The notes beneath the pieces were generated by a model, which was not told the origin of the DNA, did not search any database, and saw only the letters and a list, made by a program, of their open reading frames with translations. 64,000 nt of DNA from Fidelibacterota bacterium (GTDB taxonomy: Bacteria; Fidelibacterota; UBA2242). Position numbers and translations under genes: made by a program. The stretch is from contig JBNGDF010000003.1 of NCBI GenBank assembly GCA_049975265.1, positions 1-64,000 on the forward strand, read 5' to 3'. Below are positions 37,612 through 47,659 of the stretch, one piece after another (position 1 is the stretch's first letter; every line of letters starts with the position of its first letter).

Positions 37612-39063
37612 ATGTATATTCTGGCGATTGATCAGGGAACCACGGGGACCCGTTCGGTTCTGTTTGACCGGGCAGGAAAAATGGTGGCTTCCCAATACAA
37701 AGAATTGACCCAAATTTACCCGAAACCCGGGTGGGTTGAACACGATCCCATGGAGATCTGGCAGTCGGTTCGGGATACGGCGACAGAGTTGTGCGCAGAT
37801 TACCGGGGTAAAGTGGTGGCGGTTGGGATTACCAATCAACGGGAAACGACAGTGGTTTGGGATCGTAACACCGGTCAGCCGGTATATAATGCCATCGTCT
37901 GGCAATGCCGGCGTACCTCGGCAATGTGTGCGAAATTAGCCGTCCATGAAGCGATGTTCAGGGAGAGAACCGGGTTGCCGGCAGACGCCTATTTCAGTGG
38001 GACGAAAATCCGCTGGATTCTGGATCATATCGACCGCCCGGAGACCGATGATTTACTGTTCGGGACGATCGATTCCTGGCTGATCTGGAATTTGACCAAT
38101 GGCAAGATTCATGCTACAGATTTTACCAATGCCTCCCGCACACTCCTGTACAATATTGTTGAGAAACGCTGGGATGCGGAATGTCTCCGGATGGTCGGTG
38201 TGCCGGAATCCCTGCTGCCGAAGGTTCAATACTCCATGGATGATTTTGGGCAGGTTGAAACCATTGCCTGTCTCAAAGGTGTCCCGATCTGCGGAGTAGC
38301 CGGCGATCAGCAGGCGGCGCTTTTCGGACAGGGCTGTGTGGAGCGCGGCAGTATTAAAAATACTTATGGAACCGGCTGCTTTGTGGTAATGAATCTCGGT
38401 GACGAATTTCAACTGTCCGCTCAAGGTTTGCTGACAACGCTGGCGATCAGTCGGCAGGGAAAACCCTCTTACGCTTTTGAGGGATCGATTTTTATTGCCG
38501 GAGCGGTGATTCAGTGGTTACGTGATGAAATGCGACTAATTGACAGCGCTGCCGACAGCGAAGAGATTGCACGAAAGGTTACTGATAACAACGAGGTCTA
38601 TATTGTGCCGGCATTTGTGGGGCTGGGTGCACCACACTGGGATATGGCGGCACGGGGCATCATCACGGGTTTGACCCGCGGTACCAATCGTAATCATATT
38701 GTACGGGCAGCGTTGGAATCCATCGCTTACCAAAGTCACGATGTTCTGCAGGTCATGGAGACGGAGAGCGGAATTTCGGTGCAGGAATTGGTGGTGGACG
38801 GCGGGGCGGTTGCCAATAATTTACTGATGCAGTTTCAGGCGGATATAATCAACCGTCCGGTAGTACGACCCAAAGTGACGGAATCGACCTCACTGGGCGC
38901 TGCCTACTTAGCCGGTCTGACAGCGGGATTCTGGTCAAATCTTGAGGAATTACGGAAACGGAAGCAGATTGATCGCCGTTTTGAGCCGCAGATGACAGCG
39001 CCGCTCAGGCGAAAAAATTTGGCAGGCTGGCAAAAAGCGCTGCGGCAGGCATTAACAAAGTAG
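37612..39063 (+). CDS. glpK: Glycerol kinase
   Basis: AIDQGTT, GITNQRETT, YFSGTKI.W, NASRT, GDQQAALFG, KNTYGTG, GLGAP.W, DGG. Confidence 0.96.
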   Translation: MYILAIDQGTTGTRSVLFDRAGKMVASQYKELTQIYPKPGWVEHDPMEIWQSVRDTATELCADYRGKVVAVGITNQRETTVVWDRNTGQPVYNAIVWQCRRTSAMCAKLAVHEAMFRERTGLPADAYFSGTKIRWILDHIDRPETDDLLFGTIDSWLIWNLTNGKIHATDFTNASRTLLYNIVEKRWDAECLRMVGVPESLLPKVQYSMDDFGQVETIACLKGVPICGVAGDQQAALFGQGCVERGSIKNTYGTGCFVVMNLGDEFQLSAQGLLTTLAISRQGKPSYAFEGSIFIAGAVIQWLRDEMRLIDSAADSEEIARKVTDNNEVYIVPAFVGLGAPHWDMAARGIITGLTRGTNRNHIVRAALESIAYQSHDVLQVMETESGISVQELVVDGGAVANNLLMQFQADIINRPVVRPKVTESTSLGAAYLAGLTAGFWSNLEELRKRKQIDRRFEPQMTAPLRRKNLAGWQKALRQALTK

Positions 39064-39125
39064 AATATGTTTGAGTGACCGTTCCCAAGGTCACGTCCGT
39101 GAACCCTACGCAACTCTCCCGGAGT

Positions 39126-40496
39126 TTATTTTTCCGTGTGAAATTTAATCGCCCGTATGATGGATTGTTGACATACCGGGCAAAAGTCCACGAGGCTTTT
39201 CGAGAACATTTTACAGTCGAGGTAGGGGCGGTACTGTCCCGTTGAAACATAACCGGCGCCTTCGAAGGCACCGACCTTACCCCAGTATTCCTGCTGACGG
39301 AGAAATCGGCTTCGTGCCTCCTGATTTTTGTAGGGAATGGCGTCAAACTCGGCTTTATTCCACGGGGTCGGGACCGGTACGCCAGGTTCGATCAGAGCTT
39401 TCCACTTGATCGTTTCCGGATTTGCATTGGGAGTGATGTTAGGTTCCCAGGGCTCTGCATCCAGTGGATAGAATTCGTTGTAAGCGATGTCGGAGCTGTA
39501 ATATTCGTCGGCAAGACCGCCGAAAGCGTGCCCGAATTCATGGACGAACACATAATCGGACCACCAGGCGTTTTCGTCGGCGCTATCATGGGTGTAGCAG
39601 GTAGAATAGAGATTATAGATCCCGCCGCCGCCGTATTTATTGCTGTTGACAATAAAGTAGAGCTGATCATAGGGGGCATTGGCAGCGATATCACGAATCT
39701 GTCTGTTATCGAATGCCAGAATATAGCGATCGGAATCGAAAGAGTTGTATGTCAGACCGAAAGCCGATTTGACAAAGGTGTTTTTCCGGGGATCGTCGAT
39801 ACCCGATTCATCTGACGGAACTTCGAGGTACCAGACATTGAAACGATCCCGGTACTGATCGAAGGGCGGAGATTCAAACAATACCGTCATAAAATGCTTG
39901 ACATCTCCGCGAAATTTGCGCATCTCTTTTTTAGTATACCCTTCCGGAAGCAGCAGGATATCGACTTTTTCATGGGGTGAACCGTTTTTCATGTAGGCTT
40001 TGCGTTTGAAACCGGAAGGCGGTTTATCACGCCGGATCGATCGGGAGGCGGGATCGATATCAGCCTCAAATTCTGCTTCGAATTCTCCCTGCCGGTTCCG
40101 GGAACAGTGGACAAACCGGATCGGTTGCTTTGGATACGGTATCAATACGGATGCCGAAAAGCTTCGATATGTGCCGGTGGCGGCTTCATCGGTGGTTTGC
40201 CATTCCTGAAACAGACTGCTGAAGCCTTTTGAAAAAATCAGGATATTGGTCTGTTTGTCATAAATTTCTACCTTGTGATTGCCGTAATTCAGGGTGTCAA
40301 TCAGATTGTGAATATTCCCAGCCCAGACCGGCTCCTCTTTAATCTGGTCGAGTGAGATGATGGTTACCCCTTTTGCCCCGGTAAAATAGTAGTCAATTCG
40401 CATGGTTTTATCGTGGAAATATTGCTGAAAATCAGGGCTGGTTTTCGCTGCCAGTGAAAGGCTCACTGTCATTATCCAGAAAAGAATTTGTTTCAT
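39126..40496 (-). CDS. Peptidase M64 (IgA peptidase) family, exported
   Basis: Signal peptide; EGYT, YGGGGIY, HEFGH..GGLADEY, EGAGY, C.M...FCPVC. Confidence 0.9.
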   Translation of the reverse strand: MKQILFWIMTVSLSLAAKTSPDFQQYFHDKTMRIDYYFTGAKGVTIISLDQIKEEPVWAGNIHNLIDTLNYGNHKVEIYDKQTNILIFSKGFSSLFQEWQTTDEAATGTYRSFSASVLIPYPKQPIRFVHCSRNRQGEFEAEFEADIDPASRSIRRDKPPSGFKRKAYMKNGSPHEKVDILLLPEGYTKKEMRKFRGDVKHFMTVLFESPPFDQYRDRFNVWYLEVPSDESGIDDPRKNTFVKSAFGLTYNSFDSDRYILAFDNRQIRDIAANAPYDQLYFIVNSNKYGGGGIYNLYSTCYTHDSADENAWWSDYVFVHEFGHAFGGLADEYYSSDIAYNEFYPLDAEPWEPNITPNANPETIKWKALIEPGVPVPTPWNKAEFDAIPYKNQEARSRFLRQQEYWGKVGAFEGAGYVSTGQYRPYLDCKMFSKSLVDFCPVCQQSIIRAIKFHTEK

Positions 40497-40624
40497 TGCT
40501 GCTCCCATAAATTTCTGGAAAGTTAGATATTTAGTGGCAAATTATCAAGATGGTTTATGGTATTTGTTGACACAATTCATATATAAAAGGCATTAAGACA
40601 GCCGCAACAAATCGCAGCAATTTC

Positions 40625-40653
40625 TTGTTTGAACAGTCGCTGTTCTTTAAATT
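40625..40653 (+). promoter_or_regulatory. Putative sigma70-type promoter of ftsEX with palindrome in the spacer
   Basis: TTGTTT-N17-TAAATT; the spacer contains GAACAG-TCG-CTGTTC. Confidence 0.45.
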
Positions 40654-40671
40654 TGAAAAACTGAACTGGTC

Positions 40672-41331
40672 ATGATCTCCTTTATCAATGTCACATGTAG
40701 CTTTCGAAAAAACGCCGGCGTCAAAGACCTGAATTTTAGTATTGATGATGGTGAGTTTGTCTTTTTAACGGGTCCGTCGGGCGCCGGAAAATCGACGTTG
40801 CTGCGCTTGATTTATATGGATCTCTTCCCGGAGAAGGGACAGGTGTTGATCCGGGATTTTGACAGTCGTCGAATAAAGGAGCGGCAAATACCCTTTTTAC
40901 GTCGCAAAGTGGGTATGATATTTCAGGATTTTCAATTGCTTAAAGACCGTAATGTCTATCAAAACGTCGCGATTGCTCTCTATGCATCGCATTATAAAAC
41001 GCGGGAGATCAAGAGTCGGGTGTACGATATTCTGAATCAGGTTGGTCTGGGGCATCGGGTTCATCACAGAGCAACGGAGCTTTCCGGCGGTGAGCAGCAG
41101 CGGGTCGCCATTGCCCGGGCGCTGGTGAAGGAACCGATTGTCCTGCTGGCGGATGAGCCGACGGGTAATCTGGACCCGCGCGTCAGCATCGAGCTGATGA
41201 ATTTATTGCATAAGATTAATAAGAAGGGCACGGCGGTGATCGTGGCAACTCATAACTACAGCCTGATCAAACGGGTACCCGGTGCCCGGCTGATTCAGAT
41301 GAACGAAGGCGAGATTACGAGTATTACATGA
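40672..41331 (+). CDS. ftsE: Cell division ATP-binding protein FtsE
   Basis: [39 protein letters not shown]; adjacent to ftsX. Confidence 0.93.
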   Translation: MISFINVTCSFRKNAGVKDLNFSIDDGEFVFLTGPSGAGKSTLLRLIYMDLFPEKGQVLIRDFDSRRIKERQIPFLRRKVGMIFQDFQLLKDRNVYQNVAIALYASHYKTREIKSRVYDILNQVGLGHRVHHRATELSGGEQQRVAIARALVKEPIVLLADEPTGNLDPRVSIELMNLLHKINKKGTAVIVATHNYSLIKRVPGARLIQMNEGEITSIT

Positions 41332-42191
41332 CGGTTTTCTGGTTTCTTTTTAAAGAGGGTTTCAAGGGGCTTGTCCGCTCGAAGTACTCCGGCGCCTTCT
41401 CCATTATCATCATCGCAATCTCCATTATCATGGTGGGATTCGGATATATCATCGCCCGCGATACTCTCTTTGTTGTTGAAAATATCCGCTCCCAGTTTGA
41501 TGTGGATATATTTGTTATGGCGACCGCCAGCGAGCGCGACGTTGAGAATTTCCACCGGAAGTTACAGGAGATGAACGAGATTGACCAGGTGATGTATATC
41601 TCCCCGGAGATGGCGGCGGAAAAGTTTAAAAAAGAGTTCGGTGAGGATATTTTCGATATTCTGGATTATAATCCGCTGCCACCGTCTTTTACAATCAGTC
41701 TGAAACCACTCTACCGGAATCTGATGAGCGTAGAGGCGATTGCCAATATTCTCCAGCATGATCCGGTGGTCGATGAGGTTAAATACCGAAAAAACTTCCT
41801 TATTATTCTGGAAAAATATCAGCGCATCATTCTGATCGCCGTTCTGGTCGTATTTGCGGTACTGACGATCATTTCAATTATTCTGACATCCAATTCCATC
41901 AAGATGACGATCTTTGCGCGCCGGGACATTATTGCGACCCTGAAATTGATTGGCGCCACAAACCGTTTCGTGAAATTGCCGTTTGTCATCGAGGGCACCC
42001 TGGAAGGTGGGTTGGGCGCCCTGCTGGCTGGACTCATTATTTACGGTATCATTTATGTTCAGAATACCTATTTACAATCCTTTTTCGATTATCAGATCAT
42101 TGTCAGCTACCGCTACTATATTGCACTGTTGGTTCTAGGCCTGTTTTTGGGCTGGGTGGGCAGCCGGCGGGCGATTCGCAAATTTTTATAA
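41328..42191 (+). CDS. ftsX: Cell division permease FtsX
   Basis: NPLP.S, NSIK.TI.ARR..I...KLIGAT..FV..PF..EG; 4 TM segments. Confidence 0.92.
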   Translation: MTVFWFLFKEGFKGLVRSKYSGAFSIIIIAISIIMVGFGYIIARDTLFVVENIRSQFDVDIFVMATASERDVENFHRKLQEMNEIDQVMYISPEMAAEKFKKEFGEDIFDILDYNPLPPSFTISLKPLYRNLMSVEAIANILQHDPVVDEVKYRKNFLIILEKYQRIILIAVLVVFAVLTIISIILTSNSIKMTIFARRDIIATLKLIGATNRFVKLPFVIEGTLEGGLGALLAGLIIYGIIYVQNTYLQSFFDYQIIVSYRYYIALLVLGLFLGWVGSRRAIRKFL

Positions 42192-42231
42192 CTGCCTTTA
42201 ACACTAATCCCGAAAAGAGTGGTCTTTTTGC

Positions 42232-42260
42232 TTGAATAAGCCTGACCGGACAACTATATT
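42232..42260 (+). promoter_or_regulatory. Putative sigma70-type promoter upstream of grpE
   Basis: TTGAAT-N17-TATATT. Confidence 0.45.
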
Positions 42261-42286
42261 TTACGGCTTTGTAATAGACTGAATGC

Positions 42287-42358
42287 CAGAATGGCGGAAC
42301 CGGTTCGACGGATGGAAAGATTTAAATTAATGGTCGGTCATTTTGAATCGCCATTCTG
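42287..42358. repeat. 10-bp perfect inverted repeat upstream of grpE
   Basis: CAGAATGGCG (42287-42296) ... CGCCATTCTG (42349-42358). Confidence 0.6.
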
Positions 42359-42360
42359 AA

Positions 42361-42376
42361 TGGTATCATTATTGCA
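42361..42376 (+). promoter_or_regulatory. Putative sigma54 (-24/-12) promoter of grpE-dnaJ
   Basis: TGGTATCATTATTGCA has exact GG-N10-GC spacing versus consensus TGGCACG-N4-TTGCW. Confidence 0.6.
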
Positions 42377-42428
42377 AATTGAAAAAAGTTTGATATTTAA
42401 ACTGTAATGAAAAAGGAGTGAACGTACC

Positions 42429-42980
42429 TTGACTGCAAAAGAGAACAAAACGTCAGCTAAAAAGACCGACGAGAGGATACAAAAAAAGACCAAAGCGACC
42501 GGTCACGATAAAGAGATCGCGAAGCTGAAAAGCAAAATTAAAGAATGCGATGAACAATTGGCAGAAATGAAGGATAAATACATCCGCCTGGTGGCAGAAT
42601 TTGATAATTACCGCAAACGGACCCAGAAAGATATGGGTGAGATTATCGAGTATGCCGGCGAGAAGGTATTACGAGAGATTCTGCCCGTTCTTGATGATTT
42701 CGAACGGGCTTTGAACAGTCATGGGGAGAATGAGAAATCCGCTGACTCGCTGCAGCAGGGTCTTGGGATGATTTATAAGAAATTCATAAAAACTCTGACT
42801 GACCTGGATGTCAGGGCGATTGAATCACTGAACAAGCCGTTCGATCCCGATCTGCATCATGCGGTTATGGCGAAAGAGGTCGAAGGGGTGGAACCGGACA
42901 TCGTGGTGGAGGAATTTGAAAAGGGGTACATGTACAAAAACCATGTCCTGCGTCATTCGAAAGTGGTGGTAAGTAAATAA
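42429..42980 (+). CDS. grpE: Nucleotide exchange factor GrpE
   Basis: [30 protein letters not shown]....VLR.SKV.V; TTG start with AAGGAG SD. Confidence 0.95.
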   Translation: MTAKENKTSAKKTDERIQKKTKATGHDKEIAKLKSKIKECDEQLAEMKDKYIRLVAEFDNYRKRTQKDMGEIIEYAGEKVLREILPVLDDFERALNSHGENEKSADSLQQGLGMIYKKFIKTLTDLDVRAIESLNKPFDPDLHHAVMAKEVEGVEPDIVVEEFEKGYMYKNHVLRHSKVVVSK

Positions 42981-42982
42981 TT

Positions 42983-44134
42983 ATGGCAAATGACTATTAT
43001 GAAATATTGGGCATATCCAGGAATGCGACTGCCGATGAGATAAAAAAAGCCTATCGCAAGATGGCGATGAAGTATCACCCCGATAAAAATCCCGGTGATA
43101 AAACAGCGGAAGAGAAATTCAAGCAGGCGGCAGAAGCCTATTCAGTCCTGACCGATCCGCAAAAACGGAAAATGTACGATCAGTACGGACATGCCGGTGT
43201 GAAGGGCAACGGTTTTGGTGGAGCGTCGGGATTCGGTGGCGGGGGATTCAGTGGATTTGATCCTTTTGATATATTCCGCGAAGTATTTGGAGGTAGTGGC
43301 TTCAGCGGTTTTGAGGATTTTTTTGGCGGTGGCGGTGGTGCCCGTCACTCGCGGACGTCCAATGTCCGCTCCGGCAGCGATCTGAAAGTCCGATTACCAC
43401 TGACCCTTGAGGAGATCAATAAGGGCGTAACCAAAAAACTGAAGATCAAGCGTCTGGATATCTGTAAGACCTGTAACGGTTCCGGTACCAAACCGGGCAC
43501 TTCCCGCAAAACCTGTCCGGTCTGTCACGGCACCGGGGAGATTCGGGAGATGACCCGTTCGCTGTTCGGGCAAATGGTCAATGTCCGGGTCTGCTCGAAC
43601 TGCAATGGCGAGGGTTCGGTTGCCGAACAACGCTGCCCGACGTGCGGCGGTGATGGTCGGGTAAGAGGTGTACGCGAGGTGACGGTGCAGGTTCCGCCCG
43701 GTGTCAGCAACGGTCATTACATGACAATGACCGGCGAGGGAAATGCCGGATCACAGGGGGGATCGCGCGGTGATCTGATTGTCATTTTTGAAGAGATCGA
43801 ACACGAGACTTTTATTCGCAATGAAGACAACGTTTTTGTGAATCTGCACATCACTCCCGCTGAGGCGGTTCTGGGTACGGAGATTGAAGTTCCGACCCTG
43901 AATGGACGGGTCAAACTAGTCATCCCCGCCGGTACTCAGAACGGTAAGATGCTACGCCTGAAACAGAAGGGCATTCCGCACCTGCATCAGCACGGACGGG
44001 GGGATCAGATTGTCCGCATTCAGGTTGATATTCCTAAAAACCCGGGAAATCAGGAACGCAAATTGTACCATGAATTGCAAGAAACTGAGAAAAAACGGGG
44101 TGTTGTGTCCAATCGGTTCAGCAAAATCGAATAG
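42983..44134 (+). CDS. dnaJ: Chaperone DnaJ
   Basis: J domain HPD, G/F-rich linker, four CxxCxGxG repeats. Confidence 0.97.
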   Translation: MANDYYEILGISRNATADEIKKAYRKMAMKYHPDKNPGDKTAEEKFKQAAEAYSVLTDPQKRKMYDQYGHAGVKGNGFGGASGFGGGGFSGFDPFDIFREVFGGSGFSGFEDFFGGGGGARHSRTSNVRSGSDLKVRLPLTLEEINKGVTKKLKIKRLDICKTCNGSGTKPGTSRKTCPVCHGTGEIREMTRSLFGQMVNVRVCSNCNGEGSVAEQRCPTCGGDGRVRGVREVTVQVPPGVSNGHYMTMTGEGNAGSQGGSRGDLIVIFEEIEHETFIRNEDNVFVNLHITPAEAVLGTEIEVPTLNGRVKLVIPAGTQNGKMLRLKQKGIPHLHQHGRGDQIVRIQVDIPKNPGNQERKLYHELQETEKKRGVVSNRFSKIE

Positions 44135-44186
44135 GCGGAATGGAATTTTGAGTTGGCGATAAATAGATTTTTATTTATATTCAAAA

Positions 44187-44630
44187 ATGCTAAATTTGAC
44201 ACGCCAGGAAAGATTTGTGTTGCAGTTTCTGGCACTGTTCTTTGTGATTGGAATTGCGATTCATCTGATCAGGGAAAGAGCCAACGAAAACGAAGCCATA
44301 TCGTTATCTGACACGACGGAAGAAGCCCGAAATTTCCGTGCTAAGGCTGCCAAGGTGGACTCGGCTTATTTTGCCGACCGGGGAACAGGGCTTCAACAAT
44401 CGGCTGGGTCGAAGGTAGTTACCGAAGTACAGAGGCAAAAAATCAACCTGAATTCGGCTACACTTGAAGACCTGATGACATTACCGAAAATTGGCAAAGT
44501 GACCGCAGGAAGGATCATTGAATATCGAACCGCTCACGGCGGCTTTAAGAGCGTTGAAGAATTAATGCATGTCAAAGGTATCGGTGAAAAGACATTGGAA
44601 CGCATAAAACACGAGGTTAGCATTGAGTAA
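44187..44630 (+). CDS. comEA: ComEA-family helix-hairpin-helix DNA-binding membrane protein
   Basis: N-terminal TM; INLNSA..E.L..LP.IG...A..I..YR...G.F.SVEEL..VKGIG.K. Confidence 0.88.
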   Translation: MLNLTRQERFVLQFLALFFVIGIAIHLIRERANENEAISLSDTTEEARNFRAKAAKVDSAYFADRGTGLQQSAGSKVVTEVQRQKINLNSATLEDLMTLPKIGKVTAGRIIEYRTAHGGFKSVEELMHVKGIGEKTLERIKHEVSIE

Positions 44631-45399
44631 AGAGGTTGAAGAATACGTTGATGATACTCCGATATTTAAACCCGCATTGGTCAAGGCGTTAAATTATGTC
44701 GCCCTTCTGTTAGCGTTAATCTTGATTATTGTCATCTACGTTCCGACTGTTATCTGGGAAGAGGAAGCCACCATCCGCCGGGAAGGTCGCAGAAGAATGG
44801 TGATCCTTGATAATGTGGAGAGATTTTACCATCAGTTGACCGGCAGCTATCAGGAGGACCCGATTAAGGCAATGAATATCGTCACTGCTGTCAGGGACAG
44901 TACCCGTGCCGATAGCAACTATCACGGTCGCCAGAAACTGGTCTTTGATGACAGCATCTATAAAATAAACGTTCCGAAAAATTTCTATACATATTTTGAC
45001 ACAACCTTTGCATTTTCCTACAGACAAAAAGATACCCTCATCGACACGACTTATAAAGTGACCAAGTGGAACAACGAACTGTTTACATGGGATACCCTGT
45101 TCATTCTCTCCGACCGGTGGCAGAAGATTCAAGGTGATTCGGCATACGGAGATGTAATTGGCATCGAATACTCCGAACGAATCATGGAAAATACCTATTA
45201 CCGTCCCTATTACCTGACGGAAAAGCATGCCACCAGCCCGTTAATCGACGAATTTTATCAGATTACGATAGATTCCAGCGGCTACAAAATCAAAGACCCA
45301 CTGGAAGGTGAGTATCGCGAACGACGTTATTTCTTCTTTACCTTTAAGGATACCTGTCACGGGTGGATTGAAAACAGTCAAAAAAGCTGGGACAGATAA
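44623..45399 (+). CDS. Hypothetical membrane-anchored protein with pilin-like N-terminal helix
   Basis: Single TM followed by R..M..L...E.FY....G.Y; TTG start with GAGG SD. Confidence 0.6.
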   Translation: MSKEVEEYVDDTPIFKPALVKALNYVALLLALILIIVIYVPTVIWEEEATIRREGRRRMVILDNVERFYHQLTGSYQEDPIKAMNIVTAVRDSTRADSNYHGRQKLVFDDSIYKINVPKNFYTYFDTTFAFSYRQKDTLIDTTYKVTKWNNELFTWDTLFILSDRWQKIQGDSAYGDVIGIEYSERIMENTYYRPYYLTEKHATSPLIDEFYQITIDSSGYKIKDPLEGEYRERRYFFFTFKDTCHGWIENSQKSWDR

Positions 45400-45421
45400 T
45401 CGGTAAAACCGGGAACACCCC

Positions 45422-46375
45422 ATGATATGTGTTAGCTTCTCTGAAGAGTTTGTCCGGTACGGGCAATTGTTAAAAGACGGAGAAGAATATACGATCGAAG
45501 TTATCAATAAATTTCCTCTGGCTACCCCGTTTAATCCCGAAAATATCAACCATCCGAAAATGGGCAACACGCTGGAAAAAGCCTTTCAGGATATTCGGAG
45601 TGATCTTGCCAAACCGGATGATTATGTCGCCGTCGCCCTGCCTTCTGTGTGGTTTGATATCAGTACAGAGACGATGGATGCAGATTTATCGGAGGACGAT
45701 CTGGAAAAGGGGTTGAATTGGAAAATCGCCAAGCGACTCGGTCAGGTAGCCGAGCAAAAATTCGTGCAGTATTATCCGCTTCCCCATAATTCCGGCGCCG
45801 AGCGCTGCTTTTTGGCTGTTTCTTATTACAAAGACTTGGGTAAACTACTATTAAGAGCATCTCAGGCAGCTGAATTTAATATCCATATTATGGACATTGA
45901 CCTGTTCAGCGCGGCGGCGGCATTGGAGCATTTAATCGAAATCAGGAAAAGCGAAAAGTGGGCGGTCTGGCTGGTGAATGAACAGATTCACGATATGCTG
46001 ATCATCGAATCGGGCAATTTCAGTCAGCTCTGCCGGTTTGAATTTCCGGATATGGAAAATTATATCATTCACCATAAAAGTTCCGCCAGCGATATCGGTG
46101 AAAAGATCATCGCTGATATTAACGGAATCCGCACCTTTGAGCTGGAAACCTTCAGTGCTGTGGACCGGATTTTTTACTATAGTTATACCGTGGACTCTGA
46201 ATTTTTTAATATGCTGCTTACCTATAACATTGAAAATTTTTCAACCATTGATACTTTTGCAGGTAAAAAGCCGGTCAGACTGTATGAGGATGACGGGAAC
46301 GGCATTGGCGCCATGTGTCAGTTTATTGATTTGTTGGGACTGATGTACCGTAAAATTCCGAAGGACAGCCGATGA
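45422..46375 (+). CDS. Hypothetical protein, possibly PilM/GspL-like actin fold
   Basis: Soluble; V.VALP, IMDIDLFSAA patterns; position in the comEA cluster. Fold assignment is tentative. Confidence 0.5.
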   Translation: MICVSFSEEFVRYGQLLKDGEEYTIEVINKFPLATPFNPENINHPKMGNTLEKAFQDIRSDLAKPDDYVAVALPSVWFDISTETMDADLSEDDLEKGLNWKIAKRLGQVAEQKFVQYYPLPHNSGAERCFLAVSYYKDLGKLLLRASQAAEFNIHIMDIDLFSAAAALEHLIEIRKSEKWAVWLVNEQIHDMLIIESGNFSQLCRFEFPDMENYIIHHKSSASDIGEKIIADINGIRTFELETFSAVDRIFYYSYTVDSEFFNMLLTYNIENFSTIDTFAGKKPVRLYEDDGNGIGAMCQFIDLLGLMYRKIPKDSR

Positions 46376-47658
46376 TTCGTCTTAATCTGACCAATCAACC
46401 GGGACTCCAGGTTGTCGACCAGGCTGAGGAGTTTGATCTGGAGGGGCTTATTCTCGAGGAGTCTGTTGAGGAGACCGGCATTGGTGGCGAAACGCCTGAG
46501 AGCGCCCAAAAAGCCCGGGAAAAAGATATAGCGGTACCGGACCTTGATAATATTCCCGATATGCCGTTGGAGCCATCACTTTCAGATGAGAATGACATCC
46601 CGGAAATTGATGAAGACCTGTTCAAGATGGCTGAAGCCAATCTGGATCTGATTGAACAGGCAGAAGAGGAGGAGGCAGGTTCCAAAGCAAAGGTCAAGAA
46701 GGTTCCCGAGACATCGGAAAAAACCGGTAAAAAACCAAAAAAGTTTCCATTATTCCGATACGGTATTATTGTTGGCGGACTACTTGTCTTAATTATCCTC
46801 TTTTGGCTTTACAGCAATGGCAAACTGACCCGGGATCAGGTTTCTGAAGTGACCCGTGAGGTGACCGAATCGGTTTCAGAAAGGGCGTCCCAAACCGTTG
46901 ACAATATTCCCGACGCCACCCGCCAATTGAGAACGGATGTCGGGGAGGCGACCAAGAAGATTACGGCGGAACTTTCCACTTCCCGGGAGCAGCTCTCGTC
47001 AAGACTGTCACGTTCATCGGCGGGAGGCACGAGCTACGGACCGAGTGATTTATCCGAAAATGTGATTCAGATGGTCCAGCGGGGGCAATTCAAATTAAAC
47101 CTGGTGGCGGATGTTTTGGCGCAGATGCCGGGCGATGCGAGAATCCTCTATTTGCGGATCAAGGATGATAAACTGAGCTTCATTGTATATGTCCGCAGTG
47201 AGCAGGCGGCTGAGCAGCTGCAGGGATATTTTACCGATCATAGCCGGTTCTTTCCTCCGGAGGTCTTTTTCATCGAGAGGTCCGCAAAAAATTCCGACAA
47301 TCCGGTGGAAGTTACGGCTATCATCCGTTTTCGGATGGTTGGATCAGATGATCAGAGGGGGTATCACTATTTAACAGACCGGCAGCTCTCACAATATAGC
47401 TGGCAGGCGGCTTTGATATCGGATATACAGATGAGCCCTCTGAAAATATCGGGTCGCGACATCTATTCTGTCCGTAACGCCGAAATTACCGGGACCGGTA
47501 AAATATCTTCCATCATTGACCTTTTACGGGAATTGGCAGTTCAACGGCACAATATGGCAGTGGATATACTCTCGCTGAAAAGCGACACCGCTGTTTTCAT
47601 TAACGAAGGATTACTGGCGTATAATCTGAGTTCGGTGATTTATCCCGGCAATAGATAA
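46372..47658 (+). CDS. Hypothetical bitopic protein, possibly PilN/PilO-like
   Basis: MIRLNL N-terminus (cf. PilN INLLP), acidic disordered region, one TM, coiled coil, then alpha/beta domains. Confidence 0.55.
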   Translation: MIRLNLTNQPGLQVVDQAEEFDLEGLILEESVEETGIGGETPESAQKAREKDIAVPDLDNIPDMPLEPSLSDENDIPEIDEDLFKMAEANLDLIEQAEEEEAGSKAKVKKVPETSEKTGKKPKKFPLFRYGIIVGGLLVLIILFWLYSNGKLTRDQVSEVTREVTESVSERASQTVDNIPDATRQLRTDVGEATKKITAELSTSREQLSSRLSRSSAGGTSYGPSDLSENVIQMVQRGQFKLNLVADVLAQMPGDARILYLRIKDDKLSFIVYVRSEQAAEQLQGYFTDHSRFFPPEVFFIERSAKNSDNPVEVTAIIRFRMVGSDDQRGYHYLTDRQLSQYSWQAALISDIQMSPLKISGRDIYSVRNAEITGTGKISSIIDLLRELAVQRHNMAVDILSLKSDTAVFINEGLLAYNLSSVIYPGNR

Positions 47659-47659
47659 C

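Noticed and set aside
29807..37905. Long alternative ORFs (29807..30469 +, 33527..34141 -, 36499..37059 -, 37321..37905 -)
   Set aside because: They are antisense or off-frame shadows of well-supported genes and show no motifs of their own.
42192..42428. CIRCE element or remnant of hrcA/dnaK before grpE
   Set aside because: No TTAGCACTC-N9-GAGTGCTAA and no coding remnant.
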